Shown: piece by piece, positions 29,133 to 40,086 of the stretch
Position numbering within the stretch: position 1 is the first letter of the stretch
Layout: each line of letters begins with the position of its first letter
From: an uncultured Planctomycetaceae bacterium
Lineage (GTDB): Bacteria > Planctomycetota > Planctomycetia > Planctomycetales > Planctomycetaceae
Length of the DNA: 64,000 nt
Assembly (NCBI GenBank): GCA_963976765.1
Contig: CAXBME010000001.1
Location: 248,001-312,000 of the forward strand
Direction: 5' to 3'
Program-made: the position numbers and the translations under genes
The notes under the pieces: generated by a model
Seen by the model: only the letters and a program-made list of their open reading frames with translations
Database searches by the model: none
What the model was told of the DNA's origin: nothing

Positions 29133-32100
29133 TTAGTTTGCCAATGGGTGCAGCGTCAGCAGGTTGTGGCCTTCGCCGTATTGCCCGAGCTTGAAGATGT
29201 GTTCTCGATAGTGGAGCACGTCGAGTACGGTCAGCGTTTCGATCATTCGCAGCGTCAGCAACTGTTCGGTGATCCGGCCCGGATGTTGCAGGAGTTCGCC
29301 AAGTCTTCGTTCGCCTTCCTCTTCGACATTATCGCCGAACCTGTCCCATGCCATCAGTGCCGCTGCCGCGCCGGATTCGTTGTTAAGTATGGCTTTCCAT
29401 GCGCTGCGTTTTGCGGCAGAGTCGGTTCCGTTCGTCGTCTGCCAGTAGCGGCGAAACGCTGCTCGCAGTGCAAACCGAGGGCTGAGCCGATCTCGCATTG
29501 ACGGTCTGGCAGGTGTCGTGTGGAGGATTTCGGCCAGCATCGGCCTGGCAAACAAGTGCGTGCGGACTCCGTTCAGGTCGGCGTGAACAGCAATTGAGGC
29601 TGCTCGTAAGTGTTGTCGGGTGTTGAGTGCGTCTTTCGCAAGCCCGCGCTGCTCAGCGATGCGTTCCAGCAGGCCGTCTTCGAGAGCATGCTCAAGCCAT
29701 CGCATCCCTGACAGGCATCGCCGCTTTTCAAACTCAATCTTTCGTTGAGTTGCCGGACCAAGTCGCAGAAAAGCGATGTCCGTGTCGGCGTCTGCTGTTC
29801 CGAGGAGCGATGAATCTTCACCGGGTAGTGCGATGCCCAACCATGCCGGGTCGAAAATCGCACGCAGCCGCACGCAACGCTCGGCAACCGGGCCACGTAC
29901 GCGATTCACTTTTCGGACCGCGACGCGGAAGTCGGCCTGAGCAGCGTCGATGGGAGTCTTGCGCCGTTCCGGGTGCCGAATTTCCTGCACGGACAGGTAG
30001 ATCCAGCCGATCAATTTTGTCAGCCAGCGGCCAAGGGCAATGAACAGAAACCACGGTGTAAGAAACATTCGCCCGCCAGCAATCCACGCTTCGTAGGCGG
30101 CGTAAAGATTGACAACCCGTTCACTGCGAGGTCTCAAATGCAGAGGCAGTGTCCCGAAAGTTCGTCGGATCAGCAGGCTGCGGTCACCGCGGATTCGGGC
30201 GACGACTTCTGGTCCGAAGTGCTCTTCAACCGTCTGGTCACGTTGTGGGTCGGGGTCGAGAAAATGCAGTGCGGTAAATGACGTCGTCACATAACCCGTA
30301 TTCGCAATGGTTGGTTCGGCAATCGTACTGGCGTCAACCTGAAAATCAGGATCTGTGTTCAACCATTGTGTGAACAGGTTCTTCTGGGCATCGGAGCAGT
30401 ATGGCAGTTCGTGGCTCGGAATCGCGCGACGGTTATAGTCAACCAGAAGTCGAGCAACGGAGTGGCTGACTGACTGAGCGATAAAATGGAACCAGAGGTA
30501 AGGACCGTTCAGCAGCGACTTCTGATTTTCGAGGTCGACCTGGGAGAGCTGCCGCGCGTCTTTTCTCGAAATGCGATCGGATGTCAGTATCAACTGGCTG
30601 AGCGCCGTGTTGCCGAGCAGCTGGTTGGTCGCGCGAGTGTCACTTTGAGTAAACATCGCGCCGTCGAGCCAGTCGTGGTAAAGCAGTTCCAGTCGGTTGA
30701 TGAATGGCATTTGTGCGATGAACCGGTCGTCGTTGTCGACATCTTTCTGTGTGCGAAACATGGCATGACGAAGCCGGTCGCACAGAACTTCGATACGTTC
30801 AGCGTCGGTGCGATGGTCTTCCGTTGGCCAGTCCGCAGCCAGAACTCGTTCGTACAAAGCTGCGGCGTCGCGCTTGAGATACTTCGGACGGACCGAATCC
30901 ATCAGGTGCAGAAACTGAGCCTGTACCGACTTGTCGTAAAACTCCGTGGCTTCCCTGGCAACTCGCTGCAGCCACCAGCCCAACCCAAGTACGAACAGAC
31001 ACACGCCTCCGAGAACCAGCACGGTGGTTCCCAGGAAGCGTTTCAGAAAAGCTCGAAGTGGCTCCAGTGCATCGATATCAACGATCGACAGCGTCGCTTC
31101 CGTCAGGATCAGAAACCCGCCGAACAGGAGCAGTCGGTAGGCTGGACGCGATGAGCTCTTAACGAGGATACCACCGACTCGATCAATGAATTGTGATGGG
31201 GTCACAGTGCCGTAGAGGTCAGCCAGCCAGAACCAGCCATCGTGAAATCTACGCAAGAATCGAGCGACATGACGCGACGTCGTTGAAACGACGTCGGCTT
31301 CGCTCATCTGACTCGCCTGAGCCGGGACGCATTGACTGATGATCGGAAGCCAGCGGAGCGGCGCGACTGAGAGGATGCGGATGATCCGAGCGAGCTGCAT
31401 CATCATGGGCTCGCCGAGTGCCGGTTCGACCAGAGACGGTTCGAGCGATTCCATGCGGTCGAGTAGAGCTTCTGCCGGAATGTCCCTCGTACCTGATGTC
31501 GCGCGGCTGCTTTCTTCGAACTGGATTGAGCGGCGATTCAGAGTCTCCTGAAGTCCTGCGATGCGCGTACTGGCGACTGCGAGGCGGTCTTCAGCACTGG
31601 CTTCAGCAAACATTCTCGACCAGGCATCGCGCAGCATTTGTCGAAGTTCCTGGATATTACGAGCCGCTTCCCGTCGTTCCTGCTCGAAGATTTCCTGTTC
31701 ACGCTGTGTCGGATGCAGAATGACATTGCAGTTCAAAACGTGACCATAACGACGAACAAGTCGATCGATGCCCCGCGCGATTAGCCCGAGTGCTCGAACA
31801 ACTCGGACGACCGGTCGCAGAATTCGGACGTAACGAACGAACCTCGGCAGACGAGCGAATCGCACGACACGACCGGCGCGAACGACGTCTCCGGGATTTC
31901 CCAGGCCAGCGGTCAACAGACCGAATGGAATCGACGGAACAAAATCAACGAAGAAGTGCCGCATGAACCAGCGGCTGCGGCCTTTGACCAGTGACAGCTT
32001 CAGGCCAAACTCCAGTAGAAACACGACACACGCTGTGGCATCAACAATGGTGAACCAGAAGAGTGTTTCTGCAGACAGCGGGACCGTGAATTCGACCGCC

Positions 32101-33026
32101 ATCAGGCCCAGGACCAGGCAGATGAGTACCAGCACCAGTCGTTCGAGCCGCCCCGTCCACAGACGCCCGAACTTTGTTTCCATCGCCCCCTGGAGCTGGC
32201 GTTCCTGTTCTTCCGCACGAAGTCGGCGGTGTCTCCATTTCAGGTGGCGTGTGGCGTCGTTGCGTCGCCGATCGACTTTTCTGAGATACCAGCCAGACAG
32301 CATGAGCATTGATCGAATCTGCTCAGCCGCAACGGCAGGAGCGAGGTCGTCGACCGTTGTGAGGATGTGATCGCACTGGTCGGCGATCAGTCGGGTCCAG
32401 CGGTCGAGCGTGCGGCTGTCTGGCTTTTCAGTTTCAAGGTGGGAAGCCAGTTCATCCCGCAGGTTGTCGCGAAGCTCTCTCAAAGGAGTCAGCGATGCGG
32501 GCTCCAGCAGTCCTCGGTTACGAATGTCGGCTTCAAGCTGTGCGGTACCCAGCAGGTCGTCGAACAGCGCATTCGGGTCTGCATTGCTTTTCCGCCGTTC
32601 GACGGTCGCTTTCCAGTCGGCAGCTGCTTCGGTAAATGCAGAACGCGCGAGTTCGCGACACTGCTCGACCTGTTCATCAAGGCCGTGCCGTTCACAGAGT
32701 CGTTGCCATTGAGAAACCGAAGCGAGGTAGCCGCCCAGGCTGAGCGTCTCGATATTGCCGTCTTCGGATTTCGCCGCGATGTCGATCGCTTCATTTTTCA
32801 GCCGATTGAGTTCTTCGCAGCGGGTGACCAGGTCTTCATCACCGAACCGATCAGCTTCAATCAGACGACGTTTCAGGTCAGCAATCGCGACTCGATCCTG
32901 CATCGACTGATGGGTATCAGCCTTCTCACGGTTCGGGGGTGATGGTGATCCTGATTCGTCGCCTTGAGCCATCTCAATGTCTGTCCCATCCTGCGGTTCG
33001 CGATCCGTGCGGCCTGTCGGAGTCAA
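29133..33026 (-). CDS. Large membrane protein with a voltage-sensor-like (S1-S4) domain
   Basis: S1 LERLVLVLICLVLGLMAVE, S2 VDATACVVFLLEFGLK, S3 VDFVPSIPF and S4 RAGRVVRFARLPRFVRYVRILR; the remainder is unrecognised. Confidence 0.8.
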   Translation of the reverse strand: MTPTGRTDREPQDGTDIEMAQGDESGSPSPPNREKADTHQSMQDRVAIADLKRRLIEADRFGDEDLVTRCEELNRLKNEAIDIAAKSEDGNIETLSLGGYLASVSQWQRLCERHGLDEQVEQCRELARSAFTEAAADWKATVERRKSNADPNALFDDLLGTAQLEADIRNRGLLEPASLTPLRELRDNLRDELASHLETEKPDSRTLDRWTRLIADQCDHILTTVDDLAPAVAAEQIRSMLMLSGWYLRKVDRRRNDATRHLKWRHRRLRAEEQERQLQGAMETKFGRLWTGRLERLVLVLICLVLGLMAVEFTVPLSAETLFWFTIVDATACVVFLLEFGLKLSLVKGRSRWFMRHFFVDFVPSIPFGLLTAGLGNPGDVVRAGRVVRFARLPRFVRYVRILRPVVRVVRALGLIARGIDRLVRRYGHVLNCNVILHPTQREQEIFEQERREAARNIQELRQMLRDAWSRMFAEASAEDRLAVASTRIAGLQETLNRRSIQFEESSRATSGTRDIPAEALLDRMESLEPSLVEPALGEPMMMQLARIIRILSVAPLRWLPIISQCVPAQASQMSEADVVSTTSRHVARFLRRFHDGWFWLADLYGTVTPSQFIDRVGGILVKSSSRPAYRLLLFGGFLILTEATLSIVDIDALEPLRAFLKRFLGTTVLVLGGVCLFVLGLGWWLQRVAREATEFYDKSVQAQFLHLMDSVRPKYLKRDAAALYERVLAADWPTEDHRTDAERIEVLCDRLRHAMFRTQKDVDNDDRFIAQMPFINRLELLYHDWLDGAMFTQSDTRATNQLLGNTALSQLILTSDRISRKDARQLSQVDLENQKSLLNGPYLWFHFIAQSVSHSVARLLVDYNRRAIPSHELPYCSDAQKNLFTQWLNTDPDFQVDASTIAEPTIANTGYVTTSFTALHFLDPDPQRDQTVEEHFGPEVVARIRGDRSLLIRRTFGTLPLHLRPRSERVVNLYAAYEAWIAGGRMFLTPWFLFIALGRWLTKLIGWIYLSVQEIRHPERRKTPIDAAQADFRVAVRKVNRVRGPVAERCVRLRAIFDPAWLGIALPGEDSSLLGTADADTDIAFLRLGPATQRKIEFEKRRCLSGMRWLEHALEDGLLERIAEQRGLAKDALNTRQHLRAASIAVHADLNGVRTHLFARPMLAEILHTTPARPSMRDRLSPRFALRAAFRRYWQTTNGTDSAAKRSAWKAILNNESGAAAALMAWDRFGDNVEEEGERRLGELLQHPGRITEQLLTLRMIETLTVLDVLHYREHIFKLGQYGEGHNLLTLHPLAN

Positions 33027-33161
33027 TGATAGGCGGACCCGGCTTGATCAACCACAGATCGTGACGAGGAGTCTGGATCGGGAGTGCGATCAGCGATACC
33101 GAACTTCGTCAGGCGAAGCCTGACCTGGGGAGACATGATCAGTTCGAAAAGTTGAACAGGA

Positions 33162-34331
33162 TCAGAAGAGTGTCGGTTGGTTGCGCTGCACAAGGACGGC
33201 GAGTTTTCGGCCCGTCGTTGATAGCGGATAGTCGTCCAGCTGCGCTGCGGGCACCCACTGAAGGTTCTCATTCGGGATTGGAAAAGCACGTTCGGTTGAG
33301 GCGAGGAAGCACAGCAGACTGATCCGATAACGCGTGACGCTGTGCCGTAATTCCTTGAGGAATCGGTCAAGCTGGATGCTGGCTCCGGTTGTTTCGCTGA
33401 CGGATGATTCAACTTGCGAAATCAGCCGCCGCGGAACGGTGCTGGTTGTTTTCAGGCCGGATGCTGGCACCAGTGATTCGGCATCACCGAGCGGGAATCG
33501 AACAAAATCCCAAAGTCCGGCCCAGCGTTGGCCTTCCGGGTAACGTCTCAAGAGGAATCGGTCTTCGTGCTGAATCGCGACGGAGACTTCAATGACCGGC
33601 GTGATTTCTGGTTTTTGTGCCGCCATCGGGATCGCGTGCTGGCGACCGGCGTTGGCCGCTCGGCAGTGCGGCAGCAAAGGGCACTCGGGGCAGTCCGGTT
33701 CGCTCGGTGTGCAGACTGTGGCTCCGAGATCCATTAACGACTGGTTGAACGGGCCGATGTTTTTTCGAGGAAGAAGGTGTTCAGCAAATGCCCATAGAAC
33801 TTTCTGACCGTGAGTCGCTCGTGGGTTTTCTTCGAAACTCAACAGGCGGCTGTAAAGACGCAGGGTATTGGCCTCAACGATCGCGCCGGGGAGATCAAAC
33901 GCGAACGACATGATCGCGCCGGCGGTGTAACGACCGATGCCGGGCAGAGCTGTCAGCTCGTCGGTTGTCTGAGGAAACACGCCGTCGCGCTGTTCGACCA
34001 GCAGCTTTGACGTTTTGTGAATATTGCGGGCGCGGCTGTAATAACCGAGCCCTTCCCAGTGCCGCAGCACCTCATCCTGTTCAGCCGCCGCGAGATCGTG
34101 AATTGTGGGAAAGCGGTTGATGAATCTTTCAAAGTAGGGGACGACGGTTGCGACCGTCGTCTGCTGGAGCATGATTTCGCTGATCCAGACTTTGTAAGGT
34201 TCACCAATATTCCGCCACGGAAGATCGCGAGCACGTTTTGCGTACCACGACTTCAGGCTGCGGCGAAACTGCGTAAGTTCCGCCGAGTCGTAAGGTTCGA
34301 ATAGAGGCCTGCTGCTGTCTCGACGGTTCAT
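33162..34331 (-). CDS. mutY: A/G-specific adenine DNA glycosylase
   Basis: RDLPWR, WISEIMLQQT, WEGLGYYSRARN, LPGIGRYTAGAI, Fe-S motif CTPSEPDCPECPLLPHC and NUDIX-like C-terminus; ATG 34331. Confidence 0.95.
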   Translation of the reverse strand: MNRRDSSRPLFEPYDSAELTQFRRSLKSWYAKRARDLPWRNIGEPYKVWISEIMLQQTTVATVVPYFERFINRFPTIHDLAAAEQDEVLRHWEGLGYYSRARNIHKTSKLLVEQRDGVFPQTTDELTALPGIGRYTAGAIMSFAFDLPGAIVEANTLRLYSRLLSFEENPRATHGQKVLWAFAEHLLPRKNIGPFNQSLMDLGATVCTPSEPDCPECPLLPHCRAANAGRQHAIPMAAQKPEITPVIEVSVAIQHEDRFLLRRYPEGQRWAGLWDFVRFPLGDAESLVPASGLKTTSTVPRRLISQVESSVSETTGASIQLDRFLKELRHSVTRYRISLLCFLASTERAFPIPNENLQWVPAAQLDDYPLSTTGRKLAVLVQRNQPTLF

Positions 34332-34399
34332 CGTCGCCTTTGTCTCTTCGTGCAAGTTATGAAATTTATATGAGGGGGAGTCATGCTGATCTTGTGACG

Positions 34400-35614
34400 T
34401 CAACCGGCCTGTTCGATGTCTGCAAAAGCGACGCCAGCCAGACATTGTTGAATGGCCTTTATGGCCTGAGTGACCTTGCCGTCCGTCGCTGCCTGAAGCG
34501 CCTTGTCGAGCCAGCTGACCTGTCGCTGTGATATCGGAATAGCTGTTTGTGATTCTGGAACTTCCGGGATCAATGTCCTGACGATCTGAGCGATCAATTC
34601 CTCGACCCCGATTCGGGTTGTCGATGAAACCGGCAATGCGTCGTCCGGCAGCGACGTCGACCATTGCCCAGGTAGATCAGCTTTATGCGCGACGATAATC
34701 GTTGGCGGTTTGTTTTGCGGGTCGGGTGGCGACGTGAATTCAGTCAGCAGTTCGTGATCTTCGAAGGTCGGCGGTCGAGACATGTCGAGGAGCAGGCACA
34801 CCAGGCTTGCCGACTCGACGGTCCGGCGGGCGCGTTGAATTCCGGCGTGTTCGAGTTCATCGTCCGTGGTGCGGATACCTGCCGTGTCAGCGAGTTGAAA
34901 CGGCCAGCCCTCGAACGCCGTTCCGCCTGTAACGACGTCGCGAGTGGTGCCTGGTTGATCGAAAACGATTGACCGAGTGTAACCGAGCAGTTCGTTGATG
35001 AGCGTGCTTTTGCCAACGTTGGGACGACCGGCCAGAACGACTCGCCACGGCTGAGTCAGGTGGATCCCAAAGCTGGACCAGCTCAGCAGTTCGGTCAGTT
35101 GCCTGATCAGGGCCGTCTGATCGAGCGTAAGCAACTGCTCGAGCGTGGTACGTAACGTGCCTGACGACTGCTCGAGAAGAATCGCGGCTGTGCGAGCGGT
35201 GGTTGCCTTCGCCACTGCGTCAGCGAGTTCGCGGTCGAACGGCGATGTCAGCGCAGCCTGCTGAGTCTGCCAGTCAACAGTCGATGCTCCGGCGGAAGCC
35301 AACGATTCAAGAATTCGATTGACTGCGGCGCGACCTCCGTGGCACGACACTTCCACCGTTGACTCGTCGACTCGACAGACGACAACGTCTTCACTCGACT
35401 GGTCAGTGACCCAGTGCCCGTAGCAAAGTCGTCCGATCGGTTGTTGCGAAAGAAGTTTTCCGCTGACCGCAACGAAGCCGGCTTCAACGACCGATGCTGC
35501 TCGGCTCGACTCTGCTGGTGGGGAACTGTGAACGCGGACAACGGCAACGGCACCTCGCCCGTGCGGCGTCAGCAACGATGCTGTCAGTGGGGAGGCAATT
35601 GAGGAGCGGTGCAT
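34400..35614 (-). CDS. mnmE: MnmE/TrmE-like GTPase (shortened, no C-terminal FCIGK)
   Basis: TPHGRGAVAVVRV, EVSCHGG, G1 GRPNVGKST, G2 PGTTRD, G3 DTAG and G4 HKAD. Confidence 0.8.
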   Translation of the reverse strand: MHRSSIASPLTASLLTPHGRGAVAVVRVHSSPPAESSRAASVVEAGFVAVSGKLLSQQPIGRLCYGHWVTDQSSEDVVVCRVDESTVEVSCHGGRAAVNRILESLASAGASTVDWQTQQAALTSPFDRELADAVAKATTARTAAILLEQSSGTLRTTLEQLLTLDQTALIRQLTELLSWSSFGIHLTQPWRVVLAGRPNVGKSTLINELLGYTRSIVFDQPGTTRDVVTGGTAFEGWPFQLADTAGIRTTDDELEHAGIQRARRTVESASLVCLLLDMSRPPTFEDHELLTEFTSPPDPQNKPPTIIVAHKADLPGQWSTSLPDDALPVSSTTRIGVEELIAQIVRTLIPEVPESQTAIPISQRQVSWLDKALQAATDGKVTQAIKAIQQCLAGVAFADIEQAG

Positions 35615-35699
35615 GTTATGGTTGAGTCGTAAGTGGCGATTGCCGAGACTGGAATTGGAGAATCGGAAGCTGCCGACAATGGCAGCGGCCAGGATTCTT

Positions 35700-36530
35700 T
35701 CAGGAACTCAGTTCGCTGGCCAGTACGGACGTCACAACGCGACCGATCGCTGGCGCCACACCGGCCACGGTTGCGAGTACATCGTCGCTGGACACGCTCT
35801 CCAAATCGCCGTCCGTCGCCACGTTGGAAACGACGGAAAATCCCAGCACTCGAATGCCGGCGTGCCGAGCGGCGATAACTTCCGGAACGGTCGACATCCC
35901 TACGACGTCGGCTCCGAGTGTCCGGACCATGCGGTACTCAGCTGGCGTTTCGTAAGTTGGACCGGACAGTGCCAGGTAGATTCCGCGGTGTGTCCGTAGA
36001 CCTTCTCGATCTGCTGCTGTTTTCGCTTGGTGAGCAAGCTGTGGATCATAAGGGCAGCTCATGTCTGGAAAACGAGTCCCCAGACGTTCGTCGTTAGGGC
36101 CTCGTAGCGGGTTGCCCCACATCATGTTGATATGGTCGTCCAGGATCACGATGTCGCCGCAACTGAATTGCTGGTTTACCGCGCCGGCAGCGTTCGAGAC
36201 AACCAGTGTCTGAATACCCAGTGCGATCATCAGTCGAACAGGATAAACAATCGTGTCAAAGTCGTGGCCCTCGTACCGGTGAAACCGGCCATCGACCAGA
36301 CAAACCGGCAGGCCCGCCAGTTTTCCGAAGAGTAGGCGGCCTCGGTGTCCGGGGGCGGTCGTCCGAGGGTAATGGGGGATCACGTCTCCATCGAAAGCGA
36401 CAACTTCATCCAGCGAATTACTCAGCGATGAGAGTCCTGACCCCAGAACGATGCCGGCGATCGGCGTGCCTGAGTAGAAATCGCGAATGTAGTCAACACT
36501 TTCGTCAAGGCTGGCGTGGATGTTGGTCAT
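35700..36530 (-). CDS. punA: Purine nucleoside phosphorylase (trimeric type)
   Basis: VLGSGL, GHRGRL, GRFHRYEG, SNAAG, GPTYETPAE and VGMSTVPEV motifs; ATG 36530. Confidence 0.95.
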   Translation of the reverse strand: MTNIHASLDESVDYIRDFYSGTPIAGIVLGSGLSSLSNSLDEVVAFDGDVIPHYPRTTAPGHRGRLLFGKLAGLPVCLVDGRFHRYEGHDFDTIVYPVRLMIALGIQTLVVSNAAGAVNQQFSCGDIVILDDHINMMWGNPLRGPNDERLGTRFPDMSCPYDPQLAHQAKTAADREGLRTHRGIYLALSGPTYETPAEYRMVRTLGADVVGMSTVPEVIAARHAGIRVLGFSVVSNVATDGDLESVSSDDVLATVAGVAPAIGRVVTSVLASELSS

Positions 36531-36911
36531 GCGTTGTCCGGACAGGGAAAGCTGGGGCACCACCACGAGCAGTCACTTTTTTACGGAATCAAACCGCGAC
36601 GTAACTGTGGGCAGCCACTTCCATCAATTCGCGAATGGCGATGATTTGCAGTCACGTCCAATACCAGAAGAATCACTGATCGACAACCAGTCCCGCATGT
36701 GGAAAGTCACAGGCTCTGCTGGAGCGTTTTTTGAAGTGTTCGTTTTCGGCAGCTTCTGGTTTGATTGATTGACGGTAACTGATGATCGAAATCAGCAATG
36801 TGCGAAGAACATCGAGCCGCTGCGGAAGGGAATCGATTCGCCAACTGTTCTGACGTCCGTTCTTGATGCCGCGAGTGCTGAGTGTCGGGATGCTGGCCGA
36901 CGGCTGCTCAG

Positions 36912-37793
36912 CTAGCTGGAAGGCCGTTGTCGCAGTTCCGAAAACTTCAGTTGCGATCGCTTTGCTGGCTGGTCGCCTGTCTTCTGCGTTCGTAACAGAG
37001 CGTCGGAAACTTTGTCGGAGTCGTTCTGAGGTCTTTCAATTCGCACTCGTCGAACTGACTTGAATGTGCCGGTGCCGTCAAAGCTGTCAGCCGGAAAACT
37101 TCCGAGGACCGACCGAACAACGCCTCGATTCCACACATCGGAAGGGGCCACCACCGTATCGACCGATGAAAATGCCAGTCGTACGCCAGCAAGAACGAAT
37201 TCCCAGACGGGTTCGTCGGTCGCCGCGATGATCTCTCGCATCTGCGACTGCCCGAATTCGACCGATCGGTCGCTTTCAAAGGCGAACTCGTCGAGTTGAT
37301 AGTTCAGGACGAGATGACCGATGAGCAGGTCGGACCATCGCTCGGATTTGCGCCGCAACCGGTCAACCTGCGACATCTTTGCAACGGGTACCTGCAGGGT
37401 GTTAGCCAGCAACGTGAGCGATCGGTTGCGAGCTTCGGTGTGACCCTTCAGCGTGTGTAGCGCGATTGGGCCTCCGATGGCCTCCTTTCGATGGAAATCA
37501 GCGGCCGTTAGAATTGCCGCCCAGACTCGTGTCAGGATTTCCGTAACGAAGACTTCCGTAATGATCGGTTCAGCAGATGCCCAGAGCTGAATATGTGCCT
37601 CTGGATGAGTCACGCTGGCTTCGCTGATGACTCGATCCAGACTTCTCAGCCAGTCCATCGTGCGACCACGGCAACATTTCCAGTAGTCATGCAGATGCTG
37701 GTCAGGGATCGCCGCCGTGCTTTCGATCAGGAACGCTGATCTTGCTGAAGCAAAGGCTGCGGTTTCGGCGATCTGTCGAAGGGTCAGTGACAT
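36912..37793 (-). CDS. Hypothetical protein (helical)
   Basis: 293-aa ORF with protein-like composition, a GGAG upstream and the same strand as its neighbours. Confidence 0.7.
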   Translation of the reverse strand: MSLTLRQIAETAAFASARSAFLIESTAAIPDQHLHDYWKCCRGRTMDWLRSLDRVISEASVTHPEAHIQLWASAEPIITEVFVTEILTRVWAAILTAADFHRKEAIGGPIALHTLKGHTEARNRSLTLLANTLQVPVAKMSQVDRLRRKSERWSDLLIGHLVLNYQLDEFAFESDRSVEFGQSQMREIIAATDEPVWEFVLAGVRLAFSSVDTVVAPSDVWNRGVVRSVLGSFPADSFDGTGTFKSVRRVRIERPQNDSDKVSDALLRTQKTGDQPAKRSQLKFSELRQRPSS

Positions 37794-38588
37794 CTCGGCT
37801 CCGTGGGGCGATTCTCTGACGATTGGCAGTCTGGATGATTGAGCGGTGAAACCAGCGATCGTGTCGGAGATCGTGGTCGGACAAAATCACCGCTTCGGCG
37901 GCCTGTCTGAGAATTTCGGTCTACAGATTCAGCAAAGCGGCAGAGAGTCTGCACGCACGACGCAAGTGGATGCAGAGTTAAGCAAACCCGGTGCCGAAAC
38001 CTTCAACCGGTTAGCCTGTAACGATCTGGCAGGAACACCATTCGCTTAAGGACCCACGAGCGTTGATGAGTGTTGCGCTATCCGTTTCGCGATTGCATCG
38101 CGTTGCCGCCGGGCATCATTCGGCTGACCAGAGGGCTGGAAAACGTAAACCCTGAAATGTTAAGCACGGTGAGCACTCCAGCGTCGAGAGCGGCGTTTGC
38201 TTCTGGAGTTTCGGTCACACGATGGCGGGTAGAAATCGGACGCCCTTACTGAGTGGCTGACATCATCGAAATCTCATTCCCAAAATGTGACACCTGGCCT
38301 TCGGCTCCGGCTTCTTTTCCAAGGGCGGAAGACCGCAGAGACTTCGGGGCCGGAGTTCCAAAGCGAAGGTGGTCGATTAGCGTCAGGAATCGACCGACAG
38401 TCCAGATCGCTCAACGGTATCTTCTCAGCCGACCAGCGTGCACGGTTTCAGTGCTGGAATACAACGCCGGAAGGAACGAATTACCAGAGCATTTTTTAGA
38501 ATTCGTTTTCAGCGTTCTGCAGGAGGCCGCGAAGGAAGCAATAGCTATTCCGGGGGGCCAGCTCCTGCGCAGAAACCATGAAAACGGT

Positions 38589-39350
38589 CTAATCAGAAAG
38601 TTGAGCCGAGATAAATACTGAGGCCATCATCGTGGCGGCCGTTTCGACTCGAAGAAGTCGTGGCCCAAGGCTCACAAGGCGGGCACCTTCTGACACTGCC
38701 TGCGTGATCTCTTCAACTGTGAATCCACCTTCGGGGCCGATAACGGCGATCATTTCCGGGGTTGAAGCGGCTTTCTTCGTCTTTGCACTGGAAACAGCTT
38801 CGGCGAGGCTTTCTTTAACGAGAGCCTCTGTAAACGACGCTCCGCCGGGGTGTGCGACCACCATGCTCTTACCGGCGCATTCCTTTTTGAGAAGACTCGG
38901 CCATTCGACGACTGGCGAGATTGTCATCAGCCTCGACCGCCCGCACTGTTTGCTCGCGGCAATAATGTTCTGCCTCAATGTGTCGAGTTTCGTCGATCGC
39001 GGGTCGACAACGGATCGTGCCGTTTTAATGGGGATAATACTCGCGACGCCGAGTTCGACTGCCTTCTCAATCAGCCAGCCAGCTCGCGAAACTTTTGGCA
39101 GCGGGATTGCGATGGAAATCCTGGGGCCGGATTCTTCAGGGACAGTTTCGATCTTGCTGACGTTAAGCGTCGCCGCATGTCGTGTGACAAAAGTCAGCTC
39201 GGCGTCTGCTTCTTTACCGGTTCCGTCAAAAAGGCGGACAGTGTCGCCCACCTGGTGTCGCGTCACGCGGATCATGTGGTGAAATTCAGGACCGCTGAAA
39301 GAGACCGTCCCGGAACGAAAATCATTCTCAACAAAAAAACGCGAAGTCAT
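38589..39350 (-). CDS. rsmE: 16S rRNA m3U1498 methyltransferase
   Basis: HHMIRVTR, EKAVELGV, ASKQCGR, IGPEGGF and LGPRLLRVETA motifs. Confidence 0.95.
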   Translation of the reverse strand: MTSRFFVENDFRSGTVSFSGPEFHHMIRVTRHQVGDTVRLFDGTGKEADAELTFVTRHAATLNVSKIETVPEESGPRISIAIPLPKVSRAGWLIEKAVELGVASIIPIKTARSVVDPRSTKLDTLRQNIIAASKQCGRSRLMTISPVVEWPSLLKKECAGKSMVVAHPGGASFTEALVKESLAEAVSSAKTKKAASTPEMIAVIGPEGGFTVEEITQAVSEGARLVSLGPRLLRVETAATMMASVFISAQLSD

Positions 39351-40086
39351 TACCAGGTACTCTTTATGATCAAATAATCAGGTTCGGGAATTCCTAGGAA
39401 ATCTGCTGGTCGAACAACGCAACTGCGCGAATCGTTTCGACACTTTGTAGCGGACGCCTGTAAAGATAAAGCTGATCGTCAGGTGAACGACGCGCTCAAC
39501 AGCTGGCCGGCCATGAGGATGGGGCGGGTGGTCGTTTTACTAATACACTGACCACGAAGAAATCGAATGGTAGAACCACACCCTCTGAGCCAGTCGCGAC
39601 TGCCAGGCGACGACTGCAAGTATTTCATACGGCCCGAATTCACGAAGTTCTAGCATCACAGGCGCCAGTGGAAAAGGAAGATTCCAGGGGAATCACTGCT
39701 GAGTTGCGTCAGGAACCTCCGTCTGAAGCGTAAATGAAAATTCCGTTTACCAGCCAGGAGCAATCAGTCGACCCCTTGAATTTCATCGACCGATTGAATG
39801 TTTGAGAACGAAGCATTCGGTAATCTACATCCGCTGACTGCTGCTGCATGAATCGCCCGCTGGTCGTGTGCACCGGTGACGTTCTTCTCGCCACTTTTCG
39901 ATCCTGCTGCAGTTCCAGGTGGTGTGACTGCTCAAATGTCATTTGAAATTTTCCGGAATCAGCTTTGGCGACCAGGATACTCCCGGGATTGCCTGGCACT
40001 TCGACCTCCAAATACCCAGGATGCCGCCCTTGATAGCGAGTTTCCGCTCGCGCATCTGGCGCTGAGAATGGGTGCGATCCCGGACG

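Noticed and set aside
34332..34664. N-terminal extension of the mutY ORF
   Set aside because: Overlaps the mnmE-like gene in another frame; MutY similarity starts after ATG 34331.
37800..38580. Long intergenic region as an ncRNA or small gene (likewise 39350-40080 and 42490-43290)
   Set aside because: No recognisable RNA motif or convincing ORF by eye; needs an Rfam search or expression data.
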